Shown here: in pieces, positions 10,569 to 20,977 of the stretch
Numbering within the stretch: the stretch's first letter is position 1
How the letters are laid out: each line of letters opens with the position of its first letter
Assembly: GCF_000943555.1 (NCBI RefSeq)
Contig: NZ_JTDV01000002.1
Span: forward strand, 296,831-360,830
Length of the DNA: 64,000 nucleotides
Direction of reading: 5' to 3'
DNA from: Neotamlana nanhaiensis
Lineage (GTDB): Bacteria; Bacteroidota; Bacteroidia; Flavobacteriales; Flavobacteriaceae
Translations under genes and position numbers: made by a program
The notes under the pieces: generated by a model
Seen by the model: only the letters and a program-made list of their open reading frames with translations
The model's database searches: none
Told to the model about the DNA's origin: nothing

Positions 10569-11831
10569 TTAATAATTGTCGCGAAGCCATTCGAAAACGG
10601 TTTCCATGTGATGTTTTACTGCAATGGTAGATTGTCGGTAATGGTTGTTCATAAAACTAAAAATTAAGGTGTCGCCAGAATTAGTTATTAAATAACCACT
10701 TAACGAATAGTTGTTTCCAACGGTGCCCGATTTTGCATAAATGTACGGCGCATCGTTACCATGATAATAGCGTTTTAGTGTGCCTGTTTTTCCGCCAACG
10801 GGAAATAAATTGAAAAGTCGCTTTCGCGGAATTTCGCCGTATAATTTGGTTAATACTTGCACAAACGATGTTGGTGTAAATAAATTATAACGGCTTAATC
10901 CAGAACCATCTACCCAGCGTGGTTGCTGCTTTAAATCATTTAACTGATGTTTTAAAATATGCGTGCGTACACGTTGAGAACTTAATGTATCCGACAAGGT
11001 TGACGATGCCATAATAAGCATTTGTTCTGCAAGAAAGTTATCGCTTACGGCCATCATGTGTTTGTATAACGAATCTGAGGAGATGCCATAGGCAACTTGC
11101 TCAAAGGATTCGTTATTGGTGTTTTGAAAAGACACTTTATTAGGTAAAATAGCTTGCCAAAGTTGTTTAATTAAAGTCGAATCGATTACCAAAGGCACTT
11201 CAATGGTATCTTGCTGTTTTTTGTTGTAATAGAAAATATTTTGATTGTATTTGCGGCGTTTTCGTGTTAAAACTTCGGTTACATTTTGCGCTAAAGCTTC
11301 AGGAATTACTTGTAAGCTATCTGTTTTGCCAATGGTTGCAACATTGCCATACATAGGGAAACTGCTACGCTCGGGACTGAAGTAAGTGTCGTAATCTTCC
11401 CAAGCCCAACCAGGGCCAAATTTTTCATCTTCTAAATTATTGCAAATTACTTTTACATGACTGTAATTTTTACACAGATTGAGTGCTGTACTATCGTTAA
11501 AAAATGGGTGTAAAAATGTTGGGTTTCCTGTGCCTTTTATAGTAACGGTGTCTCCATCGGTTTTATATTTAAAAGCAGGAATATTGTTTGGTAACAATTC
11601 CAGTGCGCTGTATAATGTGAAAATTTTAGTGTTGCTTGCTGGTGTAAAATAACAGTTGGCGTTGTAGCTAAAAACAGTATCGTTTGTTTTAGGATTATAC
11701 ACTAAAAAACCCGTAAACTGATTGTCGTAAAAAGGCGTTTCAAGCTGCCTAGAAATATGTTTTGTAATGCGACCAGATTTGCAAGCCGAAGCACAAACAA
11801 TAAGCACTAACACAACAATCCTTTTAATCAT
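10569..11831 (-). CDS. dacB: D-alanyl-D-alanine carboxypeptidase/endopeptidase (PBP4, peptidase S13).
   Basis: SxxK active site (PASNTKI) and a signal peptide. Confidence 0.75.
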   Translation of the reverse strand: MIKRIVVLVLIVCASACKSGRITKHISRQLETPFYDNQFTGFLVYNPKTNDTVFSYNANCYFTPASNTKIFTLYSALELLPNNIPAFKYKTDGDTVTIKGTGNPTFLHPFFNDSTALNLCKNYSHVKVICNNLEDEKFGPGWAWEDYDTYFSPERSSFPMYGNVATIGKTDSLQVIPEALAQNVTEVLTRKRRKYNQNIFYYNKKQQDTIEVPLVIDSTLIKQLWQAILPNKVSFQNTNNESFEQVAYGISSDSLYKHMMAVSDNFLAEQMLIMASSTLSDTLSSQRVRTHILKHQLNDLKQQPRWVDGSGLSRYNLFTPTSFVQVLTKLYGEIPRKRLFNLFPVGGKTGTLKRYYHGNDAPYIYAKSGTVGNNYSLSGYLITNSGDTLIFSFMNNHYRQSTIAVKHHMETVFEWLRDNY

Positions 11832-11843
11832 GTTTTTAGTTTT

Positions 11844-12593
11844 TTAGATGATGGTTAAATCTAAGGCTTTAAAATCGCTAAACATACTGTGGTCCGGATT
11901 AATATCGGAAACTATAGCATCAATTTCTGTAATAGGCACAACAGAATGTCGTTTTACCGAGTTTACGCGACTACTTACACACATTACCACCACGTAATTT
12001 GAGGCGCGAATCATACTGTTTTTTATGCGTGACACTTCCCAGTTGGGTTCTGTTAAGCCGCGAGAGATATCAATACCATCGGTTCCCATAAAACAAATAT
12101 CGGCACTTATATTATAAATGGGGTTTACTACATCTATACCTACGGTAACTTGCGCTTCTTTATTTAATTTTCCGCCAATAAAAATAACTTCGATGGCTGG
12201 GTGATGCGATAACTCTACCGCAATTGGCAGACTGTACGTGTAAATAGTAGCGTTAATTTCTGACGGAATAATTTTGGCAAGTTCTAAATTTGTAGAACTA
12301 CCACTCATAATAATTACTTGTCCGCTTTTTAATAGTTTCACGGCTTTTAAAGCAATTTTCTTTTTTTCATCAATATCGGCAGTACTACGCTCGTCGTACG
12401 AACGCACTCGTATTTCTTTAAGCAAGGCACCACCGTGCACTCTATAAATTAAATCTTGTAATTCAAGTTCTTTTAAATCACGTCGAATGGTGTCTTCGGA
12501 AACTTGCAGTTCGTCACTCAAATTTTTAGACAACACTTTTTTACTTGTTTTAAGCATATCTAAAATTAATTTATGACGCTCCTGTTTTAACAT
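11844..12593 (-). CDS. DeoR/GlpR family transcriptional regulator. Start moved to the internal Met.
   Basis: N-terminal HTH (MLKQERHKLILDMLKTSKKVLSKNLSDELQVSEDTIRRDLKELE) and a DeoR C-terminal sugar-binding domain. Confidence 0.8.
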   Translation of the reverse strand: MLKQERHKLILDMLKTSKKVLSKNLSDELQVSEDTIRRDLKELELQDLIYRVHGGALLKEIRVRSYDERSTADIDEKKKIALKAVKLLKSGQVIIMSGSSTNLELAKIIPSEINATIYTYSLPIAVELSHHPAIEVIFIGGKLNKEAQVTVGIDVVNPIYNISADICFMGTDGIDISRGLTEPNWEVSRIKNSMIRASNYVVVMCVSSRVNSVKRHSVVPITEIDAIVSDINPDHSMFSDFKALDLTII

Positions 12594-12720
12594 ATTTGTT
12601 GAGAATTTTTTTATAAATATGCAATTTTCAAATTTATTTTGCAAAAAAAATGCACAAACACGCAAAAAAACGCATTACTTTTTTTATATTTGAGTGACTA
12701 TTAACTCAAAATTAATTCGT

Positions 12721-15700
12721 ATGAAGAAAAAAACTACCCTCGCTCTTCTTGTTTTTTTCACAACCACTTGTAGTTTATTGTTTGCCCAAAACATTACTGT
12801 AAGCGGTAAGGTAACCGACGCTTCTGGCGTGCCTTTACCTGGTGTGAATATTCAAATTAAAGACACAAACCAAGGAACCTCAACCGATTTTGATGGTGTA
12901 TACAGCATTTCGGCAAAAACTGGCGATGTGCTAACCTTTTCGTTTATTGGTTTTGAAACCAAAGAAGTTAGCGTTGAAGGCTCAACCTTAAATGTAAGCT
13001 TAACCGAAAGCACCGATGCACTCGATGAAGTTGTTGTTACCGCTTTTGGTATTGAAAAGAAAGAAAAATCGCTTGGTTATTCTGTAACGCAAGTAAAAGC
13101 CGAAGATTTAAATTTAACTGGTAATACCAACCCTATTTTGGCTTTGCAAGGTCAGGTTGCAGGTTTGCAAATTAGCAACCCTTCTGGTACTGCTGGTGGC
13201 GGTGTAGATATTTTGGTTAGAGGGATGTCTTCTATGGATCCCACACAAAACAACCAACCGCTTATTATTATGGACGGTGTTACTTTAAACAACGATACAT
13301 TTACTGGTAGTATTCTACCGGCAGCAGGTAGTAATGCTTCTGGTAGTAACGAGCAATTTTCGTTTGCTAGTAGAATTGGCGATTTAAATCCAGAAGATAT
13401 TGATAGCTTTAACGTACTTAAAGGTGCCGCCGCAACAGCGCTTTATGGTAGCGCAGGCGCAAATGGCGTAATTGTAATTACCACTAAAAAGGGAAAACAA
13501 GGGAAGCCAAAAATTAATTTAAGTGTTTCTACAACGCTTAGTAATGTTACAAAAGCTCCCGAATTACAAAAAGAATTTAGACAAGGTTTTTACGGCGAAA
13601 CAAACACCTTGTACTTCCCCGAAACACAGTCGGGATACCAATACATTTCTGGAACATCAAGCTCGGGACCTTATAATTGGGGAGTAAGATATTCTGATAA
13701 TTCCATTTTACAAGATGGAGAAACTTACGATTTATCGAATGATAAGTTTTACGACCCATACGACGAGCTGTTCGATACCGGCATAAATAAAAATATTAAT
13801 TTTGATATTTCTGGAGCAACCGAAAAAATAGACTATTACTTTTCGGCAGCAAACTCGAAAACCGATGGTATAATTCCTTATACCGATTTTGCTAAAACAG
13901 CCTTACGATTTAAAGCTGGTTTTCAGGCTACCGAAAGTTTTAAAATAAATACCTCGGTAATGTATACCAAATCTGATTCTAGAAAACCAACTGGTGGTGA
14001 TAAATCTATTATTAGTGCCTTAGGATATTGGTCGCCAACCTTCCCAATTAACGATTTTCTTAACGCCGACGGATCGTCTAGAAACCCATACCCAGGATGG
14101 ATAGACAACCCAAAATATAACGCCTACATTAGCGGTTTAACCGAAGATACTAACCGCTGGTTAGGAAACTTAAATTTAAACTGGACACCTAAAGAATGGG
14201 TTAATATTAATTACACCGCACAGGTTGATAATTATACAACGCTTCTTAATCGTTTTGTACCACCAGAATTAGATACTGGTTCTCAAGTAAATGGCTTTAT
14301 TATAGATCAAGTTTACGATTTTATGGGACTAGAATCTAACTTATTAGCAACCTTCACAAAAGACATTTCCGAAAAACTTTCGGCGTCTCTACTTGTTGGT
14401 AACTCGGTTAGAGATTTTAAAAGAACATCTTATAGAATGTATGGGCAAAATTTAAATATTCCTCATTTTAATCATATGAGTAATGCCCAAGAAAACTTTA
14501 CAGTTTCAAATTATGTGGCTCAAACAAGAACTATTGGTGTTTTTGGAGAATTAAAACTCGATTACGACGATAAATTATTCCTTTCGGTTACAGGAAGAAA
14601 CGACTGGTCGTCAACACTTCCAATAGAAAACAACTCCTATTTTTATCCATCGGTTAGTTTAGCATACAACATTCAAAGTTTATTTGGAACTAACGATATT
14701 TTTAGTTTTGGAAAACTTAGAGTTTCTTATGCGCAAGTGGGTAACGACACTACTTTTGGTCAAACCGGATACTTCTTCTACCCAGATGGTAATTTCCCAT
14801 GGGGTGGCACAGGCGGTTATATTGCCGACAAAACCATTGCTGACCCAAATCTTAAGGCAGAAATGACCAAAGGTTGGGAATATGGTGCTGATTTACGTTT
14901 CTTTAAAAACCGATTTAGGGTAGATTACGCTTACTTTAAAAGCAACGTTCATGATGCTATTTTTTCAACAAATACAGCACCTTCAACATCGGTTACCTCA
15001 ATAAAAAGAAATTCAGGATTGTATGAAACAAGCGGACACGAACTTTTAATAAGTGGAGATATTGTAAAATCGAAAGATTTAAATGTTTCTTTAACTTATA
15101 ATTTTGCGAAAAACCAAGGAAAGATTGTAGACTTACCCGAAGAAGTACCATACATTAACTTCTCTACCGATCTTACTGGAGCATACCTTTATTTACAACC
15201 AAGAGAAGGTGATAATATTGGTGCTATTTATGGTTATGAGTTTGATAGAACTGAAGACGGCGAACTTATTATAGATTCTAGCATTGGTTTACCAACAACA
15301 ACAGTAACCGATGATGCGCTTAAAATAGTAGGCGATGCCACTCCCGATTTCATTATGAGTTTAGGAAGTAACATTAAATGGAAAAATTTTGCCTTTAATT
15401 TTATGTTCGAATGGAAAAAAGGTGGCGATAAATACTCTTGGCAACGTTATATTTTAAACCGTATGGGACAATCACAATTTACCATGCAGTTTAGAGAAGG
15501 CGATGGCCAATACCTCTTTGATGGTGTTATGGAAGACCCAGATAACCCTGGAACCTATATACCTAATACCACCGTTGCCGATTTTTCTCCAGAATCGGTT
15601 ACTGGTTATAGAATGTTTAACTGGACGGCTTATGGACGAAGAAATGCCGAATATTTATTACAAGACGCCTCTTGGGTAAAAATAAGAAGTCTAGGTTTTA

Positions 15701-15912
15701 GTTATAGCATTAATCCTTCTATCTTAGAAAAACTACACCTTAGTCGTTTCGAGTTTAGTGCAAACCTAAACAACATTTTACTGTGGACACCTTTTGATGG
15801 GTTCGATCCGGAAGGAAGTGATTACTCTGCAGGCAGTAATAAATACGGGTTTACAGGTAGAGGTATTCCTTTAACCGAAAATTACTCATTTGGTTTAACT
15901 GTAGGATTTTAA
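12721..15912 (+). CDS. SusC/RagA family TonB-dependent outer membrane receptor.
   Basis: Signal peptide, carboxypeptidase-regulatory-like domain, TonB box DEVVVTAFG, plug GANGVIVITTKKG, and a C-terminal barrel. Start chosen at MKKKTT. Confidence 0.9.
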   Translation: MKKKTTLALLVFFTTTCSLLFAQNITVSGKVTDASGVPLPGVNIQIKDTNQGTSTDFDGVYSISAKTGDVLTFSFIGFETKEVSVEGSTLNVSLTESTDALDEVVVTAFGIEKKEKSLGYSVTQVKAEDLNLTGNTNPILALQGQVAGLQISNPSGTAGGGVDILVRGMSSMDPTQNNQPLIIMDGVTLNNDTFTGSILPAAGSNASGSNEQFSFASRIGDLNPEDIDSFNVLKGAAATALYGSAGANGVIVITTKKGKQGKPKINLSVSTTLSNVTKAPELQKEFRQGFYGETNTLYFPETQSGYQYISGTSSSGPYNWGVRYSDNSILQDGETYDLSNDKFYDPYDELFDTGINKNINFDISGATEKIDYYFSAANSKTDGIIPYTDFAKTALRFKAGFQATESFKINTSVMYTKSDSRKPTGGDKSIISALGYWSPTFPINDFLNADGSSRNPYPGWIDNPKYNAYISGLTEDTNRWLGNLNLNWTPKEWVNINYTAQVDNYTTLLNRFVPPELDTGSQVNGFIIDQVYDFMGLESNLLATFTKDISEKLSASLLVGNSVRDFKRTSYRMYGQNLNIPHFNHMSNAQENFTVSNYVAQTRTIGVFGELKLDYDDKLFLSVTGRNDWSSTLPIENNSYFYPSVSLAYNIQSLFGTNDIFSFGKLRVSYAQVGNDTTFGQTGYFFYPDGNFPWGGTGGYIADKTIADPNLKAEMTKGWEYGADLRFFKNRFRVDYAYFKSNVHDAIFSTNTAPSTSVTSIKRNSGLYETSGHELLISGDIVKSKDLNVSLTYNFAKNQGKIVDLPEEVPYINFSTDLTGAYLYLQPREGDNIGAIYGYEFDRTEDGELIIDSSIGLPTTTVTDDALKIVGDATPDFIMSLGSNIKWKNFAFNFMFEWKKGGDKYSWQRYILNRMGQSQFTMQFREGDGQYLFDGVMEDPDNPGTYIPNTTVADFSPESVTGYRMFNWTAYGRRNAEYLLQDASWVKIRSLGFSYSINPSILEKLHLSRFEFSANLNNILLWTPFDGFDPEGSDYSAGSNKYGFTGRGIPLTENYSFGLTVGF

Positions 15913-15922
15913 AAAAAGCATT

Positions 15923-17401
15923 ATGAAAAATAAAATAAAAAACATACTCCTTTTAGTTTTACTAACTACAGGAATTTATAGTTGCGAAGACTATTTAGAC
16001 GTAAACACCCCTTCGAGTGCACAAACCGAAGAAGCTTTAGATATGAAAGACATTATTGGCCCAGTAATGTTTAACACCGTATACGCCTTTTACTATGCCG
16101 AATTATCGTATGGAAATTATACGCAATATTTTGGATCGTATGGTTATGGCGCTGCCGGATTAACCAGTACCTCATCTACATGGTCCAATATTTACACTGA
16201 AGCTTTACCAAATATTGAAGTTTTAAAAACCAAAGCCGACGAGCAAGGTGCTGTCCATTATAAAGCGGTAGTAAAAATACTTGAAGCTGTAAATTTAAGC
16301 TTAGCTGTAGAATGTTGGGGCGATGTACCCTATTCTGAAGCCGGAGATGCCTTCACCTTTCCTTACCCAAAATTAGATGATGGCGAAACTGTTTATGCAC
16401 AAGCCTTAAGTATACTTAACGAAGCAATTTCAGATTTAGAAGGCGCGGACAACTCTCAAATTTTAATGGGTGCCGAAGATTTATTTTACGATGGCGATTT
16501 CGACCAATGGTTGCGAGCCGCATACACATTTAAAGCGCGTATGCAATTAAAATTAATAAATACAGGTGGCGCAACGGCTAGCGATGTTTTAGCTTCAATA
16601 AATAATGGTTTTACATCAAATAGCGACAATATTATGCTCGAGTTTCCCGAAGGAGAAATAAATCCATTTTACTCTACCAATATTTTAGCTCGAAACACCT
16701 CGAATTTCTATCGCGCTCCAAACGACCAAATTGTGAGCATGATGAATGGTACCACGTACCCTTTTGAAAGTGGTGTAGTTGAAATTGACCCAAGACTTCC
16801 GGAATTTTTCGAAAACGAAGGCGAACCTGGTGATCCTTGGAGAGGTTTTATGAATGGCGGAACTGGTGAATCGTCTGATGGTGAAGACGGAAATACATTT
16901 TATAAAGATGGTGGTTATCACACCAGCGCCACTGCTCCATTAATTTTAATGACTTATGCTGAAGCCATGTTTATTAAAGCTGAAGCCGAATTTTTAGCCA
17001 ATGGCGGTACCACTACAAGCTCTGGAATCTCAACCGCCGGTTACAATGCTTACTTAGCAGGAATTGAAGCAAGCATGGATGAAATTGGAGTTAGCGGTAC
17101 AGATTACCTCGCCGATACAGCTGTTGCAGTTGGAGAAGCAGGACTTATGCTTAACCATATTATGAAAGAAAAATACATAGCAAATTTTCATAATGTTGAA
17201 ACTTACAACGATATGCGCCGTTACGATTTTTCGTCGGATGTTTTTAAAGATTTAGCGCTTCGATTGGAAGAAGATTCTGAAAGTGAATATGTAGGGCAAT
17301 GGTTTAGACGCTCAATTTATCCTTCAACAGAAACAAATTCAAACGAAAATATTACCTACGACGAAACTACTTCAATTACCAATATTTGGCTTTTTGAATA
17401 A
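15923..17401 (+). CDS. SusD/RagB family nutrient-binding outer membrane lipoprotein.
   Basis: Lipoprotein signal (LLTTGIYSCED) and a SusD-like fold, immediately downstream of SusC. Confidence 0.85.
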   Translation: MKNKIKNILLLVLLTTGIYSCEDYLDVNTPSSAQTEEALDMKDIIGPVMFNTVYAFYYAELSYGNYTQYFGSYGYGAAGLTSTSSTWSNIYTEALPNIEVLKTKADEQGAVHYKAVVKILEAVNLSLAVECWGDVPYSEAGDAFTFPYPKLDDGETVYAQALSILNEAISDLEGADNSQILMGAEDLFYDGDFDQWLRAAYTFKARMQLKLINTGGATASDVLASINNGFTSNSDNIMLEFPEGEINPFYSTNILARNTSNFYRAPNDQIVSMMNGTTYPFESGVVEIDPRLPEFFENEGEPGDPWRGFMNGGTGESSDGEDGNTFYKDGGYHTSATAPLILMTYAEAMFIKAEAEFLANGGTTTSSGISTAGYNAYLAGIEASMDEIGVSGTDYLADTAVAVGEAGLMLNHIMKEKYIANFHNVETYNDMRRYDFSSDVFKDLALRLEEDSESEYVGQWFRRSIYPSTETNSNENITYDETTSITNIWLFE

Positions 17402-17431
17402 TAGTTGATTTTTTTGATAGCGAGTAAAAAA

Positions 17432-17459
17432 CCTTAGCAGAAATGCTGAGGTTTTTTTT
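17432..17459. terminator. Bidirectional rho-independent terminator between susD and the convergent aminotransferase gene.
   Basis: 8-bp stem CCTTAGCA/TGCTGAGG flanked by an A-run and a T8 run. Confidence 0.7.
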
Positions 17460-17463
17460 GTTA

Positions 17464-18483
17464 TCAACTCAAGGTTTTCTTCAGTTTTAATAAATCGTCT
17501 TTGGTGTGGTTTGCTGTAATAACAATACGACTCATAAAGTTTTTGTAAGTTGGGTATTTAAAATTGGTAATTACAATTTGTTCTTTGAGTAGTTTGGGGT
17601 ACAAGGTTTCGTCTTCAGAATAAATAACAGGATAATCCTTGTGAAATTTTAAGGCTTCGGAAGGTTTAAAATCATCAAACAAAAACTGTAAGTTTTCTTT
17701 AAGCTGCTCTTGTTGTGTTTTAATAATTGCTTGAGATTTTAAATAGGCATACAAATACGCCGAATTTGTGCACGACGATGATACAAATAATGCTTCGCTT
17801 TTTAAATCTTCAATAAAATCGGCATCAGAAGCAATAATACCTCCTGATAACCCTAAAGCTTTCCCTAACGACGACACCATTATTTTTCGATGTAAACAGG
17901 TGTTGGGTATACTATTAAAAACACCATTCCCATGTTTACCCATAATGCCTAAACTATGCGATTCATCAACAATTAAAGTGATTTTTTTAGCTTTTGAAAT
18001 AGTTTCAAGTAAATTAAAATCAGTCGCTTCAACCTCTAAACCTAAAATAGCATCGGCGGTTATTACAACATCCTCTGCAGTGTTATTTAATAATTTTGGG
18101 TGTAAATTTCCATCAATAAACAAGGGCAAACTGTTGTTTTGTAAAATAGCAGGATGCGTTTTGGGGTAATGATAAAAAGAACAATTCTTTTTCGAAAAAT
18201 GTTCCAATACCAATTTCCCTGCTAAAGTTCCCGATGAGGTAGTAACAACAGCTTCAGCACCAATTTGTTCTGCAAAAAGCGCTTCGGCTTCCTCAAAAAT
18301 AGATAGTTTTATGTTTGAGTTTCTTGAGCTTCCGTAAAACGAACCCCAAATTTTTAAACCTTCGGATAAATGTTCTAAAAAAGTTAGGTGTGTTGGTAAG
18401 CCCAAATAGGCGGTGCCTCCAAAATATAGATAATCTTCACCTTCAATTTGAATTATTCTGTCTGGAAATTGGTTTACAATCAT
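17464..18483 (-). CDS. PLP-dependent aminotransferase class I/II-fold enzyme, BioF/KBL (alpha-oxoamine synthase) family.
   Basis: DESHSLGIMGKHGNG and SLGKALGLSGG (the PLP lysine). Confidence 0.7.
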   Translation of the reverse strand: MIVNQFPDRIIQIEGEDYLYFGGTAYLGLPTHLTFLEHLSEGLKIWGSFYGSSRNSNIKLSIFEEAEALFAEQIGAEAVVTTSSGTLAGKLVLEHFSKKNCSFYHYPKTHPAILQNNSLPLFIDGNLHPKLLNNTAEDVVITADAILGLEVEATDFNLLETISKAKKITLIVDESHSLGIMGKHGNGVFNSIPNTCLHRKIMVSSLGKALGLSGGIIASDADFIEDLKSEALFVSSSCTNSAYLYAYLKSQAIIKTQQEQLKENLQFLFDDFKPSEALKFHKDYPVIYSEDETLYPKLLKEQIVITNFKYPTYKNFMSRIVITANHTKDDLLKLKKTLS

Positions 18484-18487
18484 TTTC

Positions 18488-19504
18488 TTAAATTAAAGTA
18501 ACGCCAACGCCATTTTTAGTACTGTAGTTTATAACGCCGTTTGTTATGGTTACGCCGTTTGCGATATCTTCGGAAAGTAAAAGCGCCCCATCCATATCTA
18601 CATAATCGAGTAGCGGTAGTAAATGTGCAATGGCCGAAATACCAACCGAGGATTCCGTCATACAACCCACCATGGTTTTCATGCCTAAGCTTTTAGCTTC
18701 ATTAAGCATGCGACGCGCCGGTGTTAATCCGCCACATTTTACCAGCTTAACGTTTACGCCATGAAAGTGGTTGTGGCATTGTTTAATATCGCCTTCTACT
18801 TGGCAGCTTTCGTCGGCAATAATTGGTAAAACCGATGTTTCAAACACTTTTTTATGGCCGTCCCAATCATCGGCTTTTAAGGGTTGTTCTAAAAATTCAA
18901 CACCCAGTTTTTTTAATTCAATAGCATTTTTAATAGTTTCATCTACAGTCCAACCGCAATTGGCATCAATTCTAAAAACGGCATCGGTATGTTTACGAAG
19001 TTCGGTTACAATTTTAATATCTTCTTTAGTGCCTAACTTAATTTTATAAATGGGCCATGGCAATTCTTTCATTTTGGCTACCATTTTTTCAACGGTATCA
19101 ATACCAATAGTATAATCGGTTAACGGATTGTTCTCGGTTTTGTAACCCCAAAGTTCGTAAAGTTTTTTGCCTTGTTTTTGGGAATATAAATCGGTAAAAG
19201 CTAAATCTAATGCGCAAAGAGCAAACATGTTATTTTTAAGTTTGGGATAAAATACGTCCCAAAAGGCTTCGGGTGTTTTGTTTTTATGTGCTTGTATCTC
19301 TGGAATTAATGCCGAAATAGCATCTCGCATTTTTTCAACCGTGATATTGTAATACGGATTAGAAGTGGCTTCACCTAAACCCAAAAAACCATCATCATTC
19401 AATTGAACAATTAATGAGGGTTGTACATCGTGCGACTCGCGCGAAATGGTAAATGTATGTTTTAGTTTTAGTTGATAAGGCTTTAAAATAACCTCCATAA
19501 ACAT
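18488..19504 (-). CDS. Dipeptide epimerase (enolase superfamily, L-Ala-D/L-Glu epimerase-like).
   Basis: KIKLG ... FRIDANCGW ... LEQPL motifs of the MR/MLE family. Confidence 0.75.
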   Translation of the reverse strand: MFMEVILKPYQLKLKHTFTISRESHDVQPSLIVQLNDDGFLGLGEATSNPYYNITVEKMRDAISALIPEIQAHKNKTPEAFWDVFYPKLKNNMFALCALDLAFTDLYSQKQGKKLYELWGYKTENNPLTDYTIGIDTVEKMVAKMKELPWPIYKIKLGTKEDIKIVTELRKHTDAVFRIDANCGWTVDETIKNAIELKKLGVEFLEQPLKADDWDGHKKVFETSVLPIIADESCQVEGDIKQCHNHFHGVNVKLVKCGGLTPARRMLNEAKSLGMKTMVGCMTESSVGISAIAHLLPLLDYVDMDGALLLSEDIANGVTITNGVINYSTKNGVGVTLI

Positions 19505-19757
19505 TGGGTTTTAGTGTGTAGTGAAGGTACTAAAATAAGAGATAAATCGCTATTGATTTTGAGGTTTTAACGCATTTTATTGCCACAAATTCACAAATGC
19601 TTTTCATTAAAAAAAATTGATTTAGTTTTGAAAAAGATTCTGAATCAAGTTCAGAATGACATATCGTTTAAAGTATATTATCAGTATAAAAACCGAAGAG
19701 TTTCATTTAAAAAACAAGATTCTTCAGTCGTTTGGCTTTTTGAATGATAATAAAATG

Positions 19758-20102
19758 CTATTTCTCCACTAAAACCTCGCCTTCAAAGGTTAAACCTTCA
19801 AAGCCCGTTTTCATAAAATTTCTTATGTTTTGGTGTCCAGTTCCATCAGGATCGTTTAAAACCTCATCGAAATAAAACTGACCAAAACAAGCTAACGTTT
19901 CTGCTTTACTAAAATTTTGCTTTTTAGCAAAGGCAAACAATTTACATGAACCCGAATTTTGCCCCGCCTCATTATGTAAATCGCCATTTGTAAATGCTGT
20001 TGGCGTAAAATTGTAGTTCGCCTCAATGGTTTCCATAGTTTCTGAAAACGCGATGGCTTTTGAGTTGTTTTTTAGTTTGGTTGTGAAGGTATCAATAGTC
20101 AT
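19758..20102 (-). CDS. HopJ type III effector-like family protein.
   Basis: About 110 aa with FTPTAFTNG..AGQNSGSCKLFAFAK..HQNIRNF, recalled as typical of PF08888. Confidence 0.45.
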   Translation of the reverse strand: MTIDTFTTKLKNNSKAIAFSETMETIEANYNFTPTAFTNGDLHNEAGQNSGSCKLFAFAKKQNFSKAETLACFGQFYFDEVLNDPDGTGHQNIRNFMKTGFEGLTFEGEVLVEK

Positions 20103-20126
20103 TTTATGTTTTATTTACGCGTTAGT

Positions 20127-20798
20127 TTATTTTTTTCCGCCTACAATAATAACAATTTCTCCTTTAGGCAGCTTGTTGGTGTAATAATCTAACACCTCTT
20201 TGGCTGTACCTCGAATGGTTTCTTCAAACATTTTAGTTAATTCACGAGAAACCGATACCTCTCTGTCTTCACCAAAATACTCGCAAAAATGCCCAAGGGT
20301 TTTTACTAATTTATGTGGGCTTTCGTAAAAAATCATGGTGCGGGTTTCTTCGGCGAGTAATGTTAATCGGGTTTGACGCCCTTTTTTTACAGGTAAAAAA
20401 CCTTCGAATATAAACTTATCGTTTGGTAAACCGCTGTTTACCAATGCAGGCACAAATGCCGTAGCACCTGGTAAACATTCAATATCAATTTCGTTTTCTA
20501 TACAAGCTCTTGAGAGTAAAAAACCTGGATCGGAAATAGCAGGTGTACCAGCATCGCTTACCAAAGCAATGGTTGTTCCTGCTTTTAATTTTTGTATGAT
20601 ACTGTTAACCGTTTTGTGCTCGTTATGCATATGGTGCGACTGCATTGGTGTTGCAATTTCGAAGTGTTTGAGGAGCTTGCCCGATGTTCGCGTGTCTTCG
20701 GCTAGTATTAAATCCGCTTCCTTTAGTACCTCAATGGCACGAAAGGTTATGTCTTTTAAATTGCCTATTGGTGTTGGTACAATGTAGAGTTTACTCAT
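20127..20798 (-). CDS. rsmI: 16S rRNA (cytidine1402-2'-O)-methyltransferase RsmI.
   Basis: N-terminus LYIVPTPIGNLKDIT. Confidence 0.9.
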   Translation of the reverse strand: MSKLYIVPTPIGNLKDITFRAIEVLKEADLILAEDTRTSGKLLKHFEIATPMQSHHMHNEHKTVNSIIQKLKAGTTIALVSDAGTPAISDPGFLLSRACIENEIDIECLPGATAFVPALVNSGLPNDKFIFEGFLPVKKGRQTRLTLLAEETRTMIFYESPHKLVKTLGHFCEYFGEDREVSVSRELTKMFEETIRGTAKEVLDYYTNKLPKGEIVIIVGGKK

Positions 20799-20812
20799 GT
20801 GTTAGTGATTGC

Positions 20813-20929
20813 AGTGGCATCCTTTTTTTATTGAACGGGCTTTAAAATAATTTAAAAAACCTATTACATGTTGAAGTGCTTTAACATTGCAAATGTATTA
20901 CAAATAATAAAAAAAGATATAACGAAAAG
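20813..20929. repeat. Bipartite dispersed element copy A (AGTGGCATCCTTTTTTT ... AAAAAAGATATAACGAAAAGC).
   Basis: Matching halves recur at 36607-36655 and, as a reverse complement, at 32598-32632. Confidence 0.5.
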
Positions 20930-20977
20930 CACGACCGCGCTTGCGATAGCTATTTTAGCGCGGTAACACCCAAAAAC

